From: Paraspadella gotoi
Taxonomy: Eukaryota > Animalia > Chaetognatha
Assembly: GCA_051294375.1 (NCBI GenBank)
Contig: CM119270.1
Span: 8,853,213-8,917,212, forward strand
Direction: 5' to 3'
Length of the DNA stretch: 64,000 bases
Below are positions 31,911 through 64,000 of the stretch, piece by piece. The first letter of the stretch is position 1. Each line of letters opens with the position of its first letter. The notes under the pieces are model-generated. The model was given only the letters and a program-made list of their open reading frames with translations, searched no databases and was not told the origin of the DNA. The translations under genes and the position numbers were made by a program.

Positions 31911-32640
31911 CTCAAGTTACTTGATCGATTTAGGTTCTTTATTTCGTATACTTTACTTTCCATTTCTCATAACAAATTTATCCACCCACTCATTATTCTT
32001 TTTAAGATCGTCATTCGTTTTATCGTCCTTTATGTTTTTTTATTTTTTACATTATATCTTTAAATGATATCGTTTTATTGCCTTCGTTGTTGTCCATAAT
32101 AAAATCATCAAGCCGCAATAAAATTCAGCTTTTGTGTCGGCGCCATAAACAAGTTATTATCCGATGGTAATCATCGTCCTCAAAGTATCATCATCATCAT
32201 CATCATCATCATTTCTATCAACCCCATCATCATCATCTCTTCCCAAGCTGCGTCCATAGAGCTCATAGCTTCGATGATGGTTGAGACTTTTCGAAATCGA
32301 ACACGTGGATCGAACGAGTGATGAAAGAATGAGTTTTTGTAGAAGTTGAAAAAGCTTCGAGAATATAATCAAGACTTTTTGCGGAGAAAACATTGCAAAA
32401 AATACCAAAAAAACAAAAAAAAACAAAAACAAAAACAAAAAACAAACACGAAATACTAAATTACTTTAAGAACGGAATATATAATCTCTTTTTTCTCATC
32501 TTCGTTTTTCGATTCAATTAAGAAGTGGCTTGACCGAACGAAGTGGCTATAAACATTTAACGTTGAAAACACTCTCTGTCTCTGTCTTCGTATTCTCTCT
32601 CTCTCTCTCTGTCTTCGTCGTTCTTTTCTTCATCGCCAAG

Positions 32641-62690
<30,050 letters not shown>

Positions 62691-64000
62691 TAATTTATTG
62701 ACCTAATTCATTAGGTAATTAATAACTACTAGGCTTTGTTATTCGATTGATTTTTTTTAACGCAAAACATTAAATAAGATTGGTATTTTTCTCATCCCCG
62801 TTGGTCGCCATCTATGGCTATTAGAGTGATGTGAAAATGATAAAATTTTAAAAAATTAAAATTTAGCATATAAAACTTGAAAATAAAAACTAATAAAAAT
62901 ACTTTAAAAAATTTACTTTTTAATTTTATACATTAGTGGGCACCAGTGAGCTATATTTATATATAGTAATAAGAATATAATCGGCTAAAATTTCAAAATG
63001 CAAATTTATAAATTTTAAGATCAGATTTGTATTCCTTGCAAAAAGTTGATATAAGAAAGTATAATTCTTTTTAAAAATTTATTTCATTGAGACGCCGATT
63101 TTTAATTTTTAGCTTAAAAATATAGTTTTTAAAATATAATTTTAACCTACGTAATAATATAAATTTTAAAAAAGGATTATTTTTTCTGTTATCAAATTTC
63201 TACGAAGAATCTAAATCTGTTCTCAGAATTTAAAAAAAAAAAAATTTGAAACCTTGACATTTTATAAAAGTAGTACTATATACAAAATAAGCTGACTGGG
63301 CTACTATATTTGTAAAAAAAGAAAAATAACTACAGATTAGTATTCACTAATATTATAGTTTTTAAGATATAACTGTTAAATTTTTATTCCAAACTTTCAC
63401 TTCACCCTAATGGCTATAGCCGATAAAATTTAAATTCTAATGTATACAGCGTTAAAATAATCTATCATGAGCAAAGATTATGGTATTTAAATATTTTTTT
63501 ATCAAAAATTAATCCTTCTGAGGGTACCTTAATTAAAAATATTATATTAGTATATGAGAAAAAAATTTTTTTTTAAATCTAAAATTTTTTTGATGGATTC
63601 TGATAGAGCATAAAAAGTTAAACGAGAAATATAATTACAGCTTTCAAATATTCTTACATTTTCTAAATGAAAATATAAAAAACTCGAAAGATGTGATGAT
63701 GATGATTCTTTACGGTTTTTCTTATTTTTCACACTCTTATCATAAAAATATTGAAAAAAGAATTATACTTCATGCAGACAACTTTTTTATCTGAATCTGG
63801 TCTTAAAATTTAAAAATTTTTAAAAAAATTGTCCGCCTTTCTAATCAATAAATAAATATTAAAAAAATAATTACTAGACTAAAAGCCATAAAAATTTTTT
63901 TTGTTTATTGAAAGTATTCTTAAAAATGTATAAATATTCGTTTGAGCCTGTCCCCCTACCGTTAGGGATGTCAATACCTTCAGAATCACCCTGTATTGCA

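Overview
Intron-rich, AT-rich, microsatellite-laden genomic DNA from an invertebrate animal, in a draft assembly with N gaps and indel-rich stretches. Gene order: ASK1/MAP3K5-type kinase (minus, runs off the left edge); MFSD12-like transporter (minus); an uncharacterised multi-exon gene (plus); a Penelope-like retroelement with a hammerhead ribozyme core inserted inside a LINE RT; and IMPDH (plus, runs off the right edge). The ~18.9 kb first intron of IMPDH hosts two same-strand genes: a divergent rhodopsin-class GPCR and a full ARM-SAM-SAM-TIR SARM1. SARM1 appears to have a long disordered N-terminus carrying an array of CaMKII-type R-Q-x-S motifs, and it lies ~28 kb from ASK1, its known downstream kinase in the TIR-1/NSY-1 pathway. 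About 5 kb of IMPDH appears twice across a gap, probably an assembly artefact. Exon coordinates were read by hand and may be a few bases off.
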